This document shows, piece after piece, positions 1 through 14,228 of a stretch of 64,000 nucleotides of DNA. The stretch covers positions 69,370,175 to 69,434,174 of the forward strand of contig NC_068984.1 in the NCBI RefSeq assembly GCF_001194135.2. Direction: 5' to 3'. Within the stretch, counting starts at the first letter, position 1. Every line of letters begins with the position of its first letter. The position numbers were made by a program, and so were the translations under genes. The notes beneath the pieces are model-generated. The model was given only the letters and a program-made list of their open reading frames with translations. It made no database searches and was not told where the DNA came from. The stretch is from Octopus bimaculoides (lineage: Eukaryota).

Positions 1-830
<830 letters not shown>

Positions 831-1954
831 GTGTCTTAGGCATCTTCTTTTTTCTCTTCCATTGAAAGTTATTGTAGAAAGTCAAAGAAGGCCAGTGTGA
901 AATATATTTACATTGGTTTAATGTAAGGTTATCTGGAGAACTACAAGAAAACCAAACTCAGCACGAAAATTGTCTGAAGAACAAATAGATATGGGAAATA
1001 AAACGAGAAAATAGTATAGAGAGTCGTGAGAGATAAGTACAATATATTGTCCTCAGATAGTTGATACAGCAGAATCATACTGAGAATTGGCAAGCATAAT
1101 TCTTTAATATATTTCTGAGGTCATTTGACACTGGGCATTGTTTTCCAAAATGTCTATTTAATGATAATTTCTCCAGTAAGCAATTACAAAGTATGAACAT
1201 GAAAGAAAATAAAAAAAGAAAAGAACGAAAACCATAAAAAACAAAACCGCATGATGTATAAGTTGTTTCCTACATACTGGAAATTACTGATTTATACACA
1301 TATACACTTGTTATGTATTACAAGTGTTCACTTAATAATTGTGATTATTGTTTACAGTACACATGATATACTTGATGTTGGCGATTGGCAAACATTTTGG
1401 CATAGAATGTAAAGTTCTCAGCAGACCAAGACTATGACCCTGGTTTAATTCCCATTTGTGGTTATTTCAGATTAAAGAACAAAAGAATTAATAGGGTGAA
1501 GGAAGAAAGCAGGCCAGCACCCATGATTACCACTTTTGTCTTTCTGTCTTCTAAATCTTGAGAAACTGATGCTTCTGGCATATACTTTAAAGCTCTTGTC
1601 TAACCAAGTTTATGAGAAAATTTAAATCATGTTCGTTGCTATTTTACATTTTTCTTTCTTTTTTTTTTACTAAAACTTAATTGGGAGAAGCAGAGTTGGG
1701 ATGGCTTCAGACATGTCTATTATCTTTATAGGTTTTCAGTCTAGTAAAATTGCTGATGACATAGACTGTAAACTGTAAATCAAATCTATGCCAAAATTTA
1801 ATTCCTATTTTTAGCTGCTATTTCAATTTTTGTTTCCATAAGAAAAATGAAGTACAAGACTTGTGAGCATGAACTTTGTAGATCCTCCTAATCTGGTTAA
1901 AATAATGATGTCGTTTATTTAAAAACTTTTTTAATTTTTACAATTTTTCAGTAG

Positions 1955-2034
1955 GTATTATACTGCAGTCAGTATGATCCTGTTATTATCAATCTTTTAA
2001 TTCTTGGATGTATATATAGTCAGGCCCATGTAAG
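1955..2034 (+). other. Candidate isolated 80-nt exon
   Basis: Pyrimidine tract plus CAGTAG| acceptor, AAG|GTAAGT donor, one open frame VLYCSQYDPVIINLLILGCIYSQAHV. No homology recognised. Confidence 0.3.
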
Positions 2035-2699
2035 GTAAGTTTCAAGTGGGCCTGTTGGCAAAGACTTAAGATTTTAAGTATTCGGGGCATTTCCTTCTAT
2101 CAATTTTCCCTGTACTGTTCATTTTCATCTTTCTCTTGTACATTTAGTTATGTGATTTGATGTGTTGTTTTTTTTTACCCACTGTGCTGTTTTGTCAACT
2201 GGCACAATTATGTGTGGTAGTCATTTGATATGAAAATGTGATGTGTATAAATGAAATCCAAAAAGTTTGCAAAACAAACCTCCTTTTCTTGTTGCTGTCT
2301 ACCCAACAAGATTTGAGGGCAGCAACTTCTTAAGTAGTTATAGTTCTTTTCACAAGTACTCTAAAGAAAATTTCATTTGTTAATATTTGAAAACGACGAT
2401 GATGATGATGATGATGTATTCTAGAGGGAGAATTAAAAAGATGTCTTCACACTATAAGAGTCAATGATGATGGCACTGATGATGATGATGATGACAATGA
2501 CTGAGGTTGTTAAAATGTGATGATGATAATAAAGAGGATACATGAATACTCAGATGTTACAAACAAATATCTGAAAAAGAATTAAATCAAGACAGCTGTC
2601 TATGAAAGGAAACTGTAGAGAATTGCTTTGTACAATGATTTTATACAATGCCTACAGCAGACAAAAACAGAACAGTTTTCCCTTTTCACCATTTGATAT

Positions 2700-2969
2700 A
2701 TGTCAACCATGGAATTTGTTTAAAATCAAATGGATTGATGTAGAGATTATTAAACTTCAACTCTTTATGTCATGCCCCAATGGTCTTTTGCCTTTGAAAG
2801 CTGAAGGGAAACCAAAGTTGTTGCCCTTGATATCAACAAAGCTTTTCACCATGGCTTGTCTGAGAGACTTCTGCTAAAGCTGCTTACTTTTGTTCTTTAT
2901 CCAACCATACTTAATAAGCTGGATAGTAAACTTCCTGTCAAGTGACTCCTTTTCAGTATATGTTGATGG

Positions 2970-3048
<79 letters not shown>

Positions 3049-3240
3049 ACCTCTCTCTCCCCTCCACCTCATCCTCTCACTAATTTTCTCTATTTCTTAT
3101 TTTCTCATTCATTCTTGTTCTATCACAGTGTGGAGTTATCTCCTTCATCATCTTTCTTGCTAAGATCATTTGCCTTTATGCTGACACTTCTAACTTTATG
3201 CACAACAATGCAGACATGGCCTAGAAATTCTATGCCTGGT
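2700..3240 (+). mobile_element. Degenerate non-LTR (CR1/Jockey-group) reverse transcriptase fragment interrupted by (CT)n
   Basis: ETKVVALDINKAF..LLLKL, ISWIVNFLSSDSFSVYVDG, then (CT)n 2973-3046, then GVISFIIFL..ICLYAD; colinear with RT motifs. Confidence 0.72.
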
Positions 3241-3299
3241 CATTAAACTTAAAAATAACAGCCAGATTATCTTACTGTTAAAACTTACCATTTCAGTGC

Positions 3300-3640
3300 A
3301 AGAAGGACAGATTTGGAAATGTGGCTCTATATGGGCAGTTACTGAGCAAAAGATGGTTGATCATGGTTGGAATGCTTTTAATCATAAATCTCCTCAACTG
3401 GAACTGAGCAGGGGCTAAAAACAACAAAAATTCCATGTAAGAAATTAACAATGAAGCTTCTACAAAGAAAACTATTTGCCAGAAATAGCAACCAAGTCTT
3501 CTGCAAAACATGCCCCATTCATCTAAAGGACACATTAGATAATCTAGTTAATGGCACTCTTTAAGAGATAGCATGGTCATGGCTGGAATTATTACAAGTT
3601 TGATCAGAACTGATCAAGGATGAAACAACAACAAAAGCAA
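3300..3640 (+). repeat. Dispersed repeat with (AAC)n tail, two tandem copies
   Basis: GGTCATGG(C/T)TGGAAT..GATCA..GGGCTAAA(AAC)n recurs near 4395-4570, 12360-12500, 26400-26540 and in reverse near 16940, 17950, 34330 and 51790. Confidence 0.6.
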
Positions 3641-6600
3641 CAAGTACAACATATGACAAACCCTTAAACATTTAAACTGGCTATACCTGGCCCTAATATT
3701 CTGCTTGTTTTATATTCAAACTGGCCAGATCCACTCTCTCACACCTACCCTATGGTGTCATTCTAAATATAAATAACTGTGCCATCAAAATCTTGAAGCT
3801 AGAAGGTAGCTCAGGATTAATTACAAACAATATAAATAAATAAGCATTATATTTGACAGAGAAATCAAAATACCTCATTTACAGGTGGTCCTGAACACCT
3901 TTCATTAATGATACACACCCTCCATTATCATGGACTTACAAAATCTCCTCAACTGATTATGAGAACTCAATTGTTGTTTTGGTTGTTTTTATTGTTGTTG
4001 TTATTGTTATTGTGGTGCTGGTGGCAGTGGTAGTGGTTGTGTCAATAGAAAATTTGAGTTCAATTGGAATAATGGTTTCAAGTCAAATTGATTATAAGAT
4101 TTGAAACTATGAAGAAGAATTTGACCATAAGAACGGTGCTTTGGTCAAGTTTATTTCTGTAATTAGCATTCTATTTAAAATCTGGTTCTCCATCAAAAAT
4201 ATTGCTCCATAGTCACCATAAGAACTTAACATCTTTTAATAGCACCTGACACAGATGCTACACATCACAAAGAAATATACTCATTACAACATAACACTTA
4301 GTAATAGATTTAATTTATTATGCTCTCAACAAATGTCAAGTTTCATTATATCTGAAAATTTCAATGGTATAATCCACTATACAGAACACATTTTGTAACC
4401 AGGGCACCTGTATGTGGTTGCTCAATCTGTATTAGATATCACTGTTAAATTTCTCTCTCATGACACTCCTTAATTTGTTAGATAAGGAAGGAAACATGAG
4501 ATAATACTGGCTTAATGCATTATATCTAGATAAAGAGATGTTCACAACTGGAATAGCATTAAGTATAGGTTTTCTTTATAAGAAATAACCGTAGGTTAGA
4601 AGATAACAGCCACTACAACTTTTCAAATTGTGTAAACTTTTGACAAGAATGAAAGAGTGAGTATCTAAGACATAACTATAGCTATGGTGTTCATACTACA
4701 ATTAGAATGATTAAAAGTGTTATATTTACATTGCAAAGCTTTAAGCCATATTACGTAGTAAATACAAACATTTGAGCAAGTTGCTATACAAAAATAATAA
4801 ACCTAATTAATAATTTCTGAGTTCTACATTTTTCTTTTTTTATGGTTCAGTAAATGGAAGATGTGCAGAGTCCTTAATGACCCTTTTTTTCAAACAACAG
4901 TAGCATGGAGTGAATAAATATGTATTCTTGGTTGAATCACAATGATGTTTTACAATGTAATAGTTAAATTTATTTCAATTTGGACTTTTGTTTCTTTTGC
5001 ATGAAATAGCTATTGTTTAATTAATGACAAGCTGTCACAAGTGCAAATATTAAAATTAAGCTATCCACTAACGTCTTAACCTATTAATGACTTGGTTATA
5101 AGCAGATGGTCTCTACTGTTGACTGGGGAATGAAGCTAAGGGACAACTTTACAAAGACCTCTAAGCCTGGTGAGACAGAGAGGTAAGTTATTTTCTGACC
5201 AGAAACCTCACTCCCGTGCTGCAATAAAGTGAATTCCTTTAAGGGCAGCCAAGACAATGCAGTGGTATTAAACCAGACAAGGGATTAAATCTATGACCCA
5301 AGAACAGGAACGGACCCACAATAGGATCAACTCAATCTCCATATAGTAAGTTTTACTTAAAGTATTTCATTGATCTTAAGCTATGGGAGAAGTTACTCAA
5401 GAGCACACAATTGTAAAAAGAACTCTCTTAGAAACCAGTTAGCAGAGTCATTAGAGTGGAATATAGAATGTCTTTCAGTATTTCGTCTGACTCTCTGCAT
5501 TATCAGTTAAAATCCTGCCAAGATCAACATTGTTGTTCATCCTTTTGGTATCAATAAAAATGTTGCAATGTAGGATAATGAACTGGTGGCACTGTGAGAA
5601 TGTTTGGCTGAATACATTATAGTAATTATTCTAACTCTGGTTTCTGAGTTCAAATCCAGTATTAACCTGCTAAAATGGTTGACTTAATCTACTATCTGGT
5701 TTAACTCCACAACCTGATATTTTAGGTGCTTTTAGTCCAGATTGTTGCAAGCATTTTGATTAAGTCTCCAGTTTGAGAAAACTTTCCACCCTTGCTCCTA
5801 CAAGATGTGCAGGTCCTGTAAAAGTTAAAGCAAATGCCTTCCCACTGGACCATTAAAAAATCAAAAATCATACATCCATTGGCACAAGGTACTGCAGTTA
5901 TGGAGAATGCACAGATGTTGCTGCCAGACGCTTCCATGACAAACATGTTGTCAACTCAAATAGACTTTTCATGAACAGACTGTTTGTTGCCAGATTTGTT
6001 TATTATATGTTACAGCTTTTCTCTTCCTAAATAAAGATCTACTTTTAAAATAAAACTAATGCTATAGGTTGATTTACAAATTAAAAAAAGGCATAAAAAT
6101 GTTGTTCTTTAAATTCTTTAATTCTTTAAGTTGTTTCAGCTTTAATGCTGTGGTCATGCTGGGGCACCACCATTGTTAAGTAATATTTAAATCTTTTCAT
6201 TATGTACAGTTTGTATATCATTCATGTTAGTTGCTAATTCAAGTTATATGACTCCATTTGATGAAACCTCCAAGAAAGGAAATTACAATAAAACATCCCA
6301 CTTTGTTTAGCTTTTTATGGATATTTACAGCTTTGATTCTTAATGGATGAAAGGCAAAGTAAGCATTGGTAAAATTTGAATAGAAATGTAAAGGGACATT
6401 GAATAGGCATCACTCTATCATGTATATTATCCACCATCTTAAACCAATCAATTAATTAATAATTAGTAATTTCTCACTCAGGCAAAATTTCGCAAATTTT
6501 GTGAGAAAGGTGTAGTTGATGAGATAAACCCCAGTGGGATTTAAATTTAGAATATAAATGGAAATACTGAAATACTAAAAGGCATTCAATCCATTGCTGT

Positions 6601-7370
6601 ATCATTTCTAGCATCTACTATCTTAATACAATTAACACAATGTCCTTTGGGAAATCCAGGTGTTATAAACACTTGCAATATCCCCGAAAGTGACTGAAAT
6701 ATAAATAAAACTTAGAGAAGAGTATTCTTGTGTTATTAATTTTCTTAAGGATAAATTTACTCTCAATGTTGCAATTAATGGTTTGGAATAAATTGTACAG
6801 CATTTATGGTAATCATATGTGTTGATGGAATAAAACGAGTCTCAGTATGCTGTTGGCAAGGTGGTTGAATAGTGGACTTGACTGAAACAGTAAATTTATT
6901 TCTAACATTCACAGAAAGCCATAAATTTTTCAGGGAAATGCACAGTCGATTAATTTGACTTCGGTAGATAGTTGGATTAAATAATCATCAGCATCAATGT
7001 TGTCATCATCATCATCACAAGCATCATCGTCATCATCGTCGTCATTGTCGTTGTCATTGTTGTTGTCATTTTAACATCTATTTTTCGATCCTTGAATGGG
7101 TGAAACAGATTTCATTGAGGCAGATTTTCTACAGCCAAATGCTTTCCTTATCACTAACCCTCATTAGTTTCCTAACAAGATAATATTTCCTCTTGAATGG
7201 GCATATTTGTATGGAAGACAAGAAAGCAAAAAGACATTTTATATGAAGATGACGCTCATTTACATATATGTAATATCAAGACAGGGGGCACATAGATATG
7301 TTCATGCACATGCATATACCACCCCAACCTTAATATACATATATGTATGTATATGTATATATGTATATGG

Positions 7371-8082
7371 ATCATCATCATTTAACGTCTGTTGTTCATT
7401 CTGGCATGGGTTAGATGGTTTGACTGGGGCTGACAAGCTGGCATGCTGCACCTGGCTCCAGTCTGATTTGGCATGGGTTCTACAGTTGGATGCCCTTCCT
7501 AACGCCAACCACTCCGAGAGATGCATTTATGTACCACCGGCACAGGTGTTAGTTGTATGACGCCGGTAACTGCCATGACTGTGATTTTGCTTGGCTTGAG
7601 GGGTCTTCTTCTCAAGCATGACATAATGCCAAAGGTCTCAGTCATTGCCTCCATGAGGCCCAACACTCAAAAGGAGCTTGGCTACTTTGCCTTCATGAGG
7701 CCCAATGCTTTTTACATGCCACTGGCATGGTTGCCAGTTACGTGACACCAGCATCACCCACGACTATGATTTCACTTGACTCGGTGGGTTTTCTCAAGCA
7801 CGGAATATTGCCAAAGGTCTCAGCCACTAGTCATTGCCACTGTGAGGCCCAAAGTTCAAAGATCATGCTTCACCACCTCCTCTCATGTCTTCCTAGTTCT
7901 ACCTCTCCCACAGGTTCTCTCCACAGTTAGAGATGAGTGCTTCTTTATACAGCTGACCTTAAACAACACATGACCACACCAGCACTGTCATCTCTCTTGA
8001 ACATCACACATGATGCTTCTTCTACCTAACTTTTCTCTCAAGATGCTTACACTCTGCTAAACATGCACACTGTCATTGCATC
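7371..8082 (-). mobile_element. RTE-clade LINE 3' end (ORF C-terminus, 3' UTR, (GAT)n tail)
   Basis: LREKLGRRSI..CWCGHV..GRGRTRKT*EEVVKHDL*TLGLTVAMTS; tail matches the copies at 16348, 22293 and 56958. Confidence 0.9.
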
Positions 8083-8349
8083 TTAATGTTTATATATATT
8101 TTTAATGATATACTCTATTTTCCAGCTTACAAGTCAACATAGTAAATCTCATAAACATGTAATATAAACGCTCAAACTTTGTCTCTATCTTTTCAAATCC
8201 TGCTGCATTTCACATGAAATGTTTCTTCCTCCAAAGTTGTCTTATATAAACCGACTTACCTTTTACAGCTGTAAATTTTGATTAGCAAACCTTGACTGGA
8301 ATGCCAAAAAGTTTGATAATATTGATACATAATGCTGTAATATAACATT

Positions 8350-8772
8350 ACTACCCCTTTGATGGTCAATCTATGTTATGGTGAAGGGGCTTGCATGGAC
8401 CAATGACTCTGAGAGTGATGCCATTGAGAGATCTAAACTCCTCTGTAGGCCTACCCTTGGCAGCAAGATCAACGGCAAGGACCCAAACGAAGTACGACCA
8501 ACTCCCAAAGTTTCTAATGGTGGAACATGCAGATGATGACTAAAACAGATCTGAAAAAGCCTGAACCAGCAAATGAAGAGGGCTATGCAAGACAGATATG
8601 CTACAGAAGACACCATTCAAAACCACAACTGGGTCAGTGACAGTCCATTGCAGTTCCATAACTAGATCAGATTGGAACCTGGTGCAGCTCTCCAGCTTTC
8701 CAGCTTTCAGTCAAACAGTCCAACCCATGCTAGCATGGAAAGTGAATGTTAAATGATGATGATGATGATGAT
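8350..8772 (+). mobile_element. Short RTE-derived element (putative 5'-UTR-like part joined to the RTE tail)
   Basis: 8662-8772 matches the RTE tail family and ends in (GAT)n. 8350-8660 begins GTTATGGTGAAGGGGCTTGCATGGACCAATGAC, reminiscent of RTE/BovB 5' ends (from memory). Confidence 0.55.
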
Positions 8773-11521
8773 CCTACATGTCCCATTCTATATGTGTTGC
8801 AGAAGCAGAGGACATTTACGAAACCAAGCATGTCGGTCACTTCCTGGCAAGTTGATGTCCACCATAAACAAATCCATGCCATTGGCACTTCTACCCTCAC
8901 AATAACAACAACAATGATGATAATATTGCTCCAAGAGTTTTGAACCTATGTAGAGATAAATGATTTCTAAGTAATATTTGGCATGTTCGTTTTACAAAGA
9001 TAATAAAATTTTTAAAAATAATAACAGCAAGATGTTACTCAAGTACTTAAATATATCTTAATTGCATTTAAGTAAATTATTTCATTGGGAAAATGCAAGC
9101 AATTTTTTTCATTAATTTACACAGGCAATTCAATTTAACTTAAGAAGTAGAAAGTACTACACATTCACAAGAAGTATTTTAAAAATCTTAAATCTAATAT
9201 TATTTAATTTATATTTCTTATTTTTAAAAATGATTTTAGCTACCTGAGCTGTAGAGTTTTTGGGTGGGGAGTGAATAATTTAATTAGAAATTTTGAATTC
9301 AGTACACTTGATGAATATTTACAGAACGTTAATACTTAATTAAAATTTTAAAAATAATAAAAATTTCTTTCCAAAGTTTAGAAATAATAAATAATAAATG
9401 CATTATTAAAAACAGTCATATTTCATTACAGTTACCTGTTATTTGTAAATACATATATAAATATATGGTTCATTAAAATTGTAATTAAAAAAAAATATGC
9501 CTTTCAATTAAAGAACTTTGATATGGATCAAAAGCGTTCATTAAATTATTTTTGTATGTCATTAAAAGAATACACCAAATATAATTTGTCAGTCTGTATA
9601 TTCAAGTGTGTGCATTTTTGTGTGTGTGTGTGTGTGTAATATTATATATGCATACAGTTGCATCTATTTAAAATTTCTATCTATTTGTGTCAAATGCAGT
9701 TTCTGCATAAAGAAATTATATATGCAAACATATATGTGAATGTAAATATACATGCAGATATATACATACATTCAAATATATATATATATATATGTATCCA
9801 CAGAGAGAAAGAGACCATCCAACATGCAAGATATATGTTACAAGCCCCAAAATAGTACCTTATCTTTTGCTTCTTGTTTTAAAATTTGTACTGACTTTGA
9901 ATTTATATAAAATGATTGGCTTATTAATTTATAATTTGTCTTGATTCTAAGTTTGATTTGACTATTGAGTGAAATTTGGCTTGTAGAAATTGTATGGAAA
10001 ACAATCGGTTATTTGTGTGTGTGTGTGTGAGCATGCACACATGTGCGTGTGTGCACATGTATGTGTGTGCATGTGTGTGAAATGGGTGCAGTGTGAAAAA
10101 ATTTTCTCTGAGTTATGTTCTTTTCATCTGGCCCACTTTATATCCCTTACATGATAGCTTACTAAGATTGATATAATGGATTAACTTCTCTTAAAATGGT
10201 AACCCAGCTTATTTGCAACCCAATGACTAAAACTTATAAAAGAGTATGTATATTGCAAACATTTCAGTAGTGTTACTGTTTGCTTCTGTTATACTGGGAT
10301 TCGTTCAATTTTATTCTGTTGGGGGCCACCTAATGTGTTTCTCTGTTCTTCTAGTTCACAATGTCTGGAATTTTTCTTTCTTACAATTTGTACAATATTT
10401 TTCAGTATTTATATATATGATGCACCAGAGAATGAAGGAAAAAAAACACAAAGGAAAAAGTAACAAAGATACCATACAGGAAAAAGCCAACATACTCCCA
10501 GGTTAATGTCACAGACTTTCAAATAGTTACATCAAAACAAAAACAAAAAAAAAATGTCATTCAACAAACATTTTCTTAACTCCAGTAATAATCCTGATGA
10601 GACCACAAAAGTGATTGTATGACAGGATTAGTTGGTCCTTGCCAATTTCACCAATCTCAGCAGTTTCCTCTGAACATTTCATCACTCTGACAATTCTCCT
10701 GATGTAGTAGTTCTGAGGGTTAAAATCAATAGAGGTAGGAGGTCACATGATGTTGGGGGCACAAGAAAAGAGGTTTCTCCTGGGGCTTACCAAACATTAA
10801 CACACCTCTCCTCATCACATGTAAATTGTACTTGATTTTCTTGTGAACCATATGTTTGATAGTAGACTCTGTTGCCTTGAGTTGCTCAGAGATGACCATC
10901 ATCCACCTGGAGTTGTTACTGATAAAGTGTTTGATTGTTTGATGAACATAGCAGCACTAATGACATCTGACTGATGGATAACACATCACTGCAGAAGGCC
11001 ATCAGTACTTGCATACACTGGACATAAAGATCTCAGATAATTTAAGAAACTGGCATTTCTGAGTTAATGCGGTTATAGTTAGAACTGTAAGCACAGTAAA
11101 CCATTTAATTTCTTCATTTCATTTGAAATTGCTGGAATGTTTAAAGTAATGAGGAAGCTAAAATTTGAAGCATGCTGTATAACATTATGTTAGTTTGTCA
11201 TCCTTTTATGACTTGCCAAAATATCTTGAAAATATCTAGAGTACTCTGCACTGTTTTTTCAGTGTATCTACAAGGTTCCATAATCGAGGGGTATTTTTAG
11301 GATAAATTAGAAATGGATTTGTTGTTTTTTTTTGCAGGTTTTCTTTATTACCATTTTGGTGATATGATTATAAAATCTATGACAATTCAGTTGCTTATAC
11401 AAGCACACATATACACAAGCATTCATACATACACAGAGAGGGATGCCCACACACATACAGGCAAGTGTGTATATACATCTCACTCTCTCTCTCTCTTTCT
11501 TGCTCTCTCTCTCTCTCTCTA

Positions 11522-11578
<57 letters not shown>

Positions 11579-11814
11579 NNNNNNNNNNNNNNNNNNNNNN
11601 NNNNNNNNNNNNNNNNNNNNNNNNNNNNNNNNNNNNNNNNNNNNNNNNNNNNNNNNNNNNNNNNNNNNNNNNNNNNNNNNNNNNNNNNNNNNNNNNNNNN
11701 NNNNNNNNNNNNNNNNNNNNNNNNNNNNNNNNNNNNNNNNNNNNNNNNNNNNNNNNNNNNNNNNNNNNNNNNNNNNNNNNNNNNNNNNNNNNNNNNNNNN
11801 NNNNNNNNNNNTCT

Positions 11815-11930
11815 GACAGAGAGAAAGATATGGTCAGCAGAAATGTATAGAGTCCCAGAGAGAGAGAGGGACAGAGAGAAAGCTATGGTCAGCAGAAATG
11901 TATAGAGTCCCAGTGAGAGAGAGACAGAAT
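11815..11930 (+). repeat. 55-bp minisatellite at a gap edge
   Basis: GACAGAGAGAAAG(A/C)TATGGTCAGCAGAAATGTATAGAGTCCCAG at 11815 and 11870. Confidence 0.85.
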
Positions 11931-13590
11931 TGTAGTGGCAGACTGCCCTGGTCAGTGGAAGTAGCAGACCTGAAGGAAACGAACTTCGTTGTGGTAAATG
12001 CTTTTATATTATTTTAGAGAAAAAGAACTCTGAGTTGTTAACTGTGTTGTTAAATGCTTCTAAAAGAAAGGAAAAGAAAAGAAATACAAACGAAAGAAGC
12101 AGAAGAACTTTGTTGTCAAATGAAACTTGAGACACGAAAATTTGATAACTGTTTCAATTCTAACTTCGTTCCTTTTATTTTCAATGAAAATATTTATGTA
12201 AGTGCTTTCATAGGGGCTGAGTACCATAGACAGTGAAAAATACATATACTAAGGAACATAAACACAAAAGGACACAGGTAACAGAGAACCTAGTAGATAC
12301 AGCCTTTTCTCTCTGCAGAACTAGTCTTTGCTCATTTAGCTAAGCTATTTAATATTGAAAAATATACAGAAACCATTAGATAAGGTAGTCTACAGATAAA
12401 ACAGAGATAAAACAAGGTGTGATAGTTAAGGATAAAACGTCTTTGATCATAAATCTGCTAAATGAGGTGCTGATTTGAAGTTAAACAACAATAATATCAC
12501 TTTTCTTTAATTAAATCATTAAGGCAAATGTTACACAGAATTATTCATCTGTCACCAGTCATGCATTAAACAATTTTAATATTGTTATTGAAAATGTTTT
12601 TATTTATTTAATGATAAACATTTTAGGTTTGATTTAACTCCAGAGAAGGAAATCAAATTTATTAATCACAACTTTTGTAACACTATCCCTAAAAATACTG
12701 TCTTGAGATGCAAATCTTCGGTCATGGACCTACTCAGTTTGGTTCAACCTGGTACCAAACACTACCACCACCACCACCAACACCACCAACAACAACAAAA
12801 CAACAGCACTACTGCCACTACCATCACCACTGCCACTACCATCACCACTGTCATCATTATTATCATAGTTTTAATGTCTGTTTTTTCCTTACTTGCATGG
12901 TTCAGATGAGATAGCTTTGTGACAGAATTTTCTTTAGCTGGATACCGTTCCAGTTGCTAGTTCCCTCTAGTCTTCAAGTGAGATAAAAATCTCTCAATCT
13001 GTTGAACAACAAGTAGTCTGGACATCTTGATACTGAGAACTGGACAGAAATGGCATTGTCTGAATAAGCTTTTCATTTATAAAGATCATGCAACATGTCA
13101 AATTATGTCAAGAAACCCAAATACACTTTCACAGCAGACTGCAAACAATTGACACAAGACAGCAAGGCTATTGAGTACAATGAGAAGACATATGTGACAC
13201 TGAAGAAAATACAAACTCACTTGCATGATCAGACACATGCACAAACACATATTCATGCACACACACATATACATGCACGTGTGCATGCACACACACACAC
13301 ATACACATGCATGCATGCACATACACAAAGGCAATGGTGTTCTTTCAGTTTCCATCAGGTAAATCCACTCACAAGGCTTTATGAAAAGACACTTGCTCAA
13401 GGTATTATGCAATGGGGCTGGACCTTAATGTTCCCATATCGTTGGGAAGCAGATTTATTATATACGTGACCATACCTGCCCCAAACAATAAAGAAAGTAA
13501 TAAAACAAGAAGAACATTGCCTGAAAAAAAAATTTTGTGTTTTTTTTTTCCTCGGTTGGTTTTTCTCGGGTTTTTTTTTTTCTCACAGAT

Positions 13591-14228
13591 TATTGGTTTC
13601 GAATTTTGGCAAAAGGTCAACTATTTGGTGGGAGAGGTAAGTTAATTACATTGACCCCACTGCTCAACTGGTACTTATTTTATCAGCCATAACAGGATGA
13701 AAGCCAAAGTCAAACCTCGTCAGAATTTGAACTCAGAATGTAAAGGTGAGTTAAATGCAGCTAAACATTTTTCCCAGTATGCTAACAATTCTGCTAGCTC
13801 ACCTCCTTAAGACTATCAGACATATTGGTTTCAAATTTTGGCACAAGCCCAGCAATTTTGAAGGAGGATGTTAAGTTGATTACATCGACCCCAGTGCTCA
13901 ACTGGTACTTATTTTATTGACTCCGAAAGGATGAAAGGCAAAGTCAACCACACTGAAATTTGCACTCAGAACATAAAAAACAGGTGAAATGCCACTGAGC
14001 ATTTTGCCTGGCAGGCTAACAGTTCTTTTCTACTCTAGGCACAAGGCCTGAAATTTATGGGGAGAGGGCCAGTCGATTAGATCGACACCAGTATGCAACT
14101 GGTACTTAATTTATTGATCCCAAAAGGATCAAAGGCAAAGTCGACCTCAGCAGAATTTGAACTCAGAATGTAGACAAACGAAATACTGCTAAGCATTTTG
14201 CCTGGTGTGTTAACGTTTCTACCAGCTT
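13591..14228 (-). mobile_element. Three head-to-tail copies of an abundant ~200-bp SINE
   Basis: Units 13591-13808, 13823-14022 and 14023-14228 each contain CAACTGGTACTTA..AAAGGATGAAAGGCAAAGTC..GAATTTGAACTCAGAA. Confidence 0.85.

Noticed and set aside
5107-5183. Exon candidate MVSTVDWGMKLRDNFTKTSKPGETE with GTAAGT donor
   Set aside because: Weak acceptor; surrounding sequence looks like a dispersed-repeat leader; no homology recognised.
10590-10625. CTGATGA as a hammerhead core (also at 39211)
   Set aside because: No stem II plus GAAA arrangement.
10560-11090. Higher-complexity segment tested for exons and transposase
   Set aside because: All frames are interrupted and no motif is recognised.
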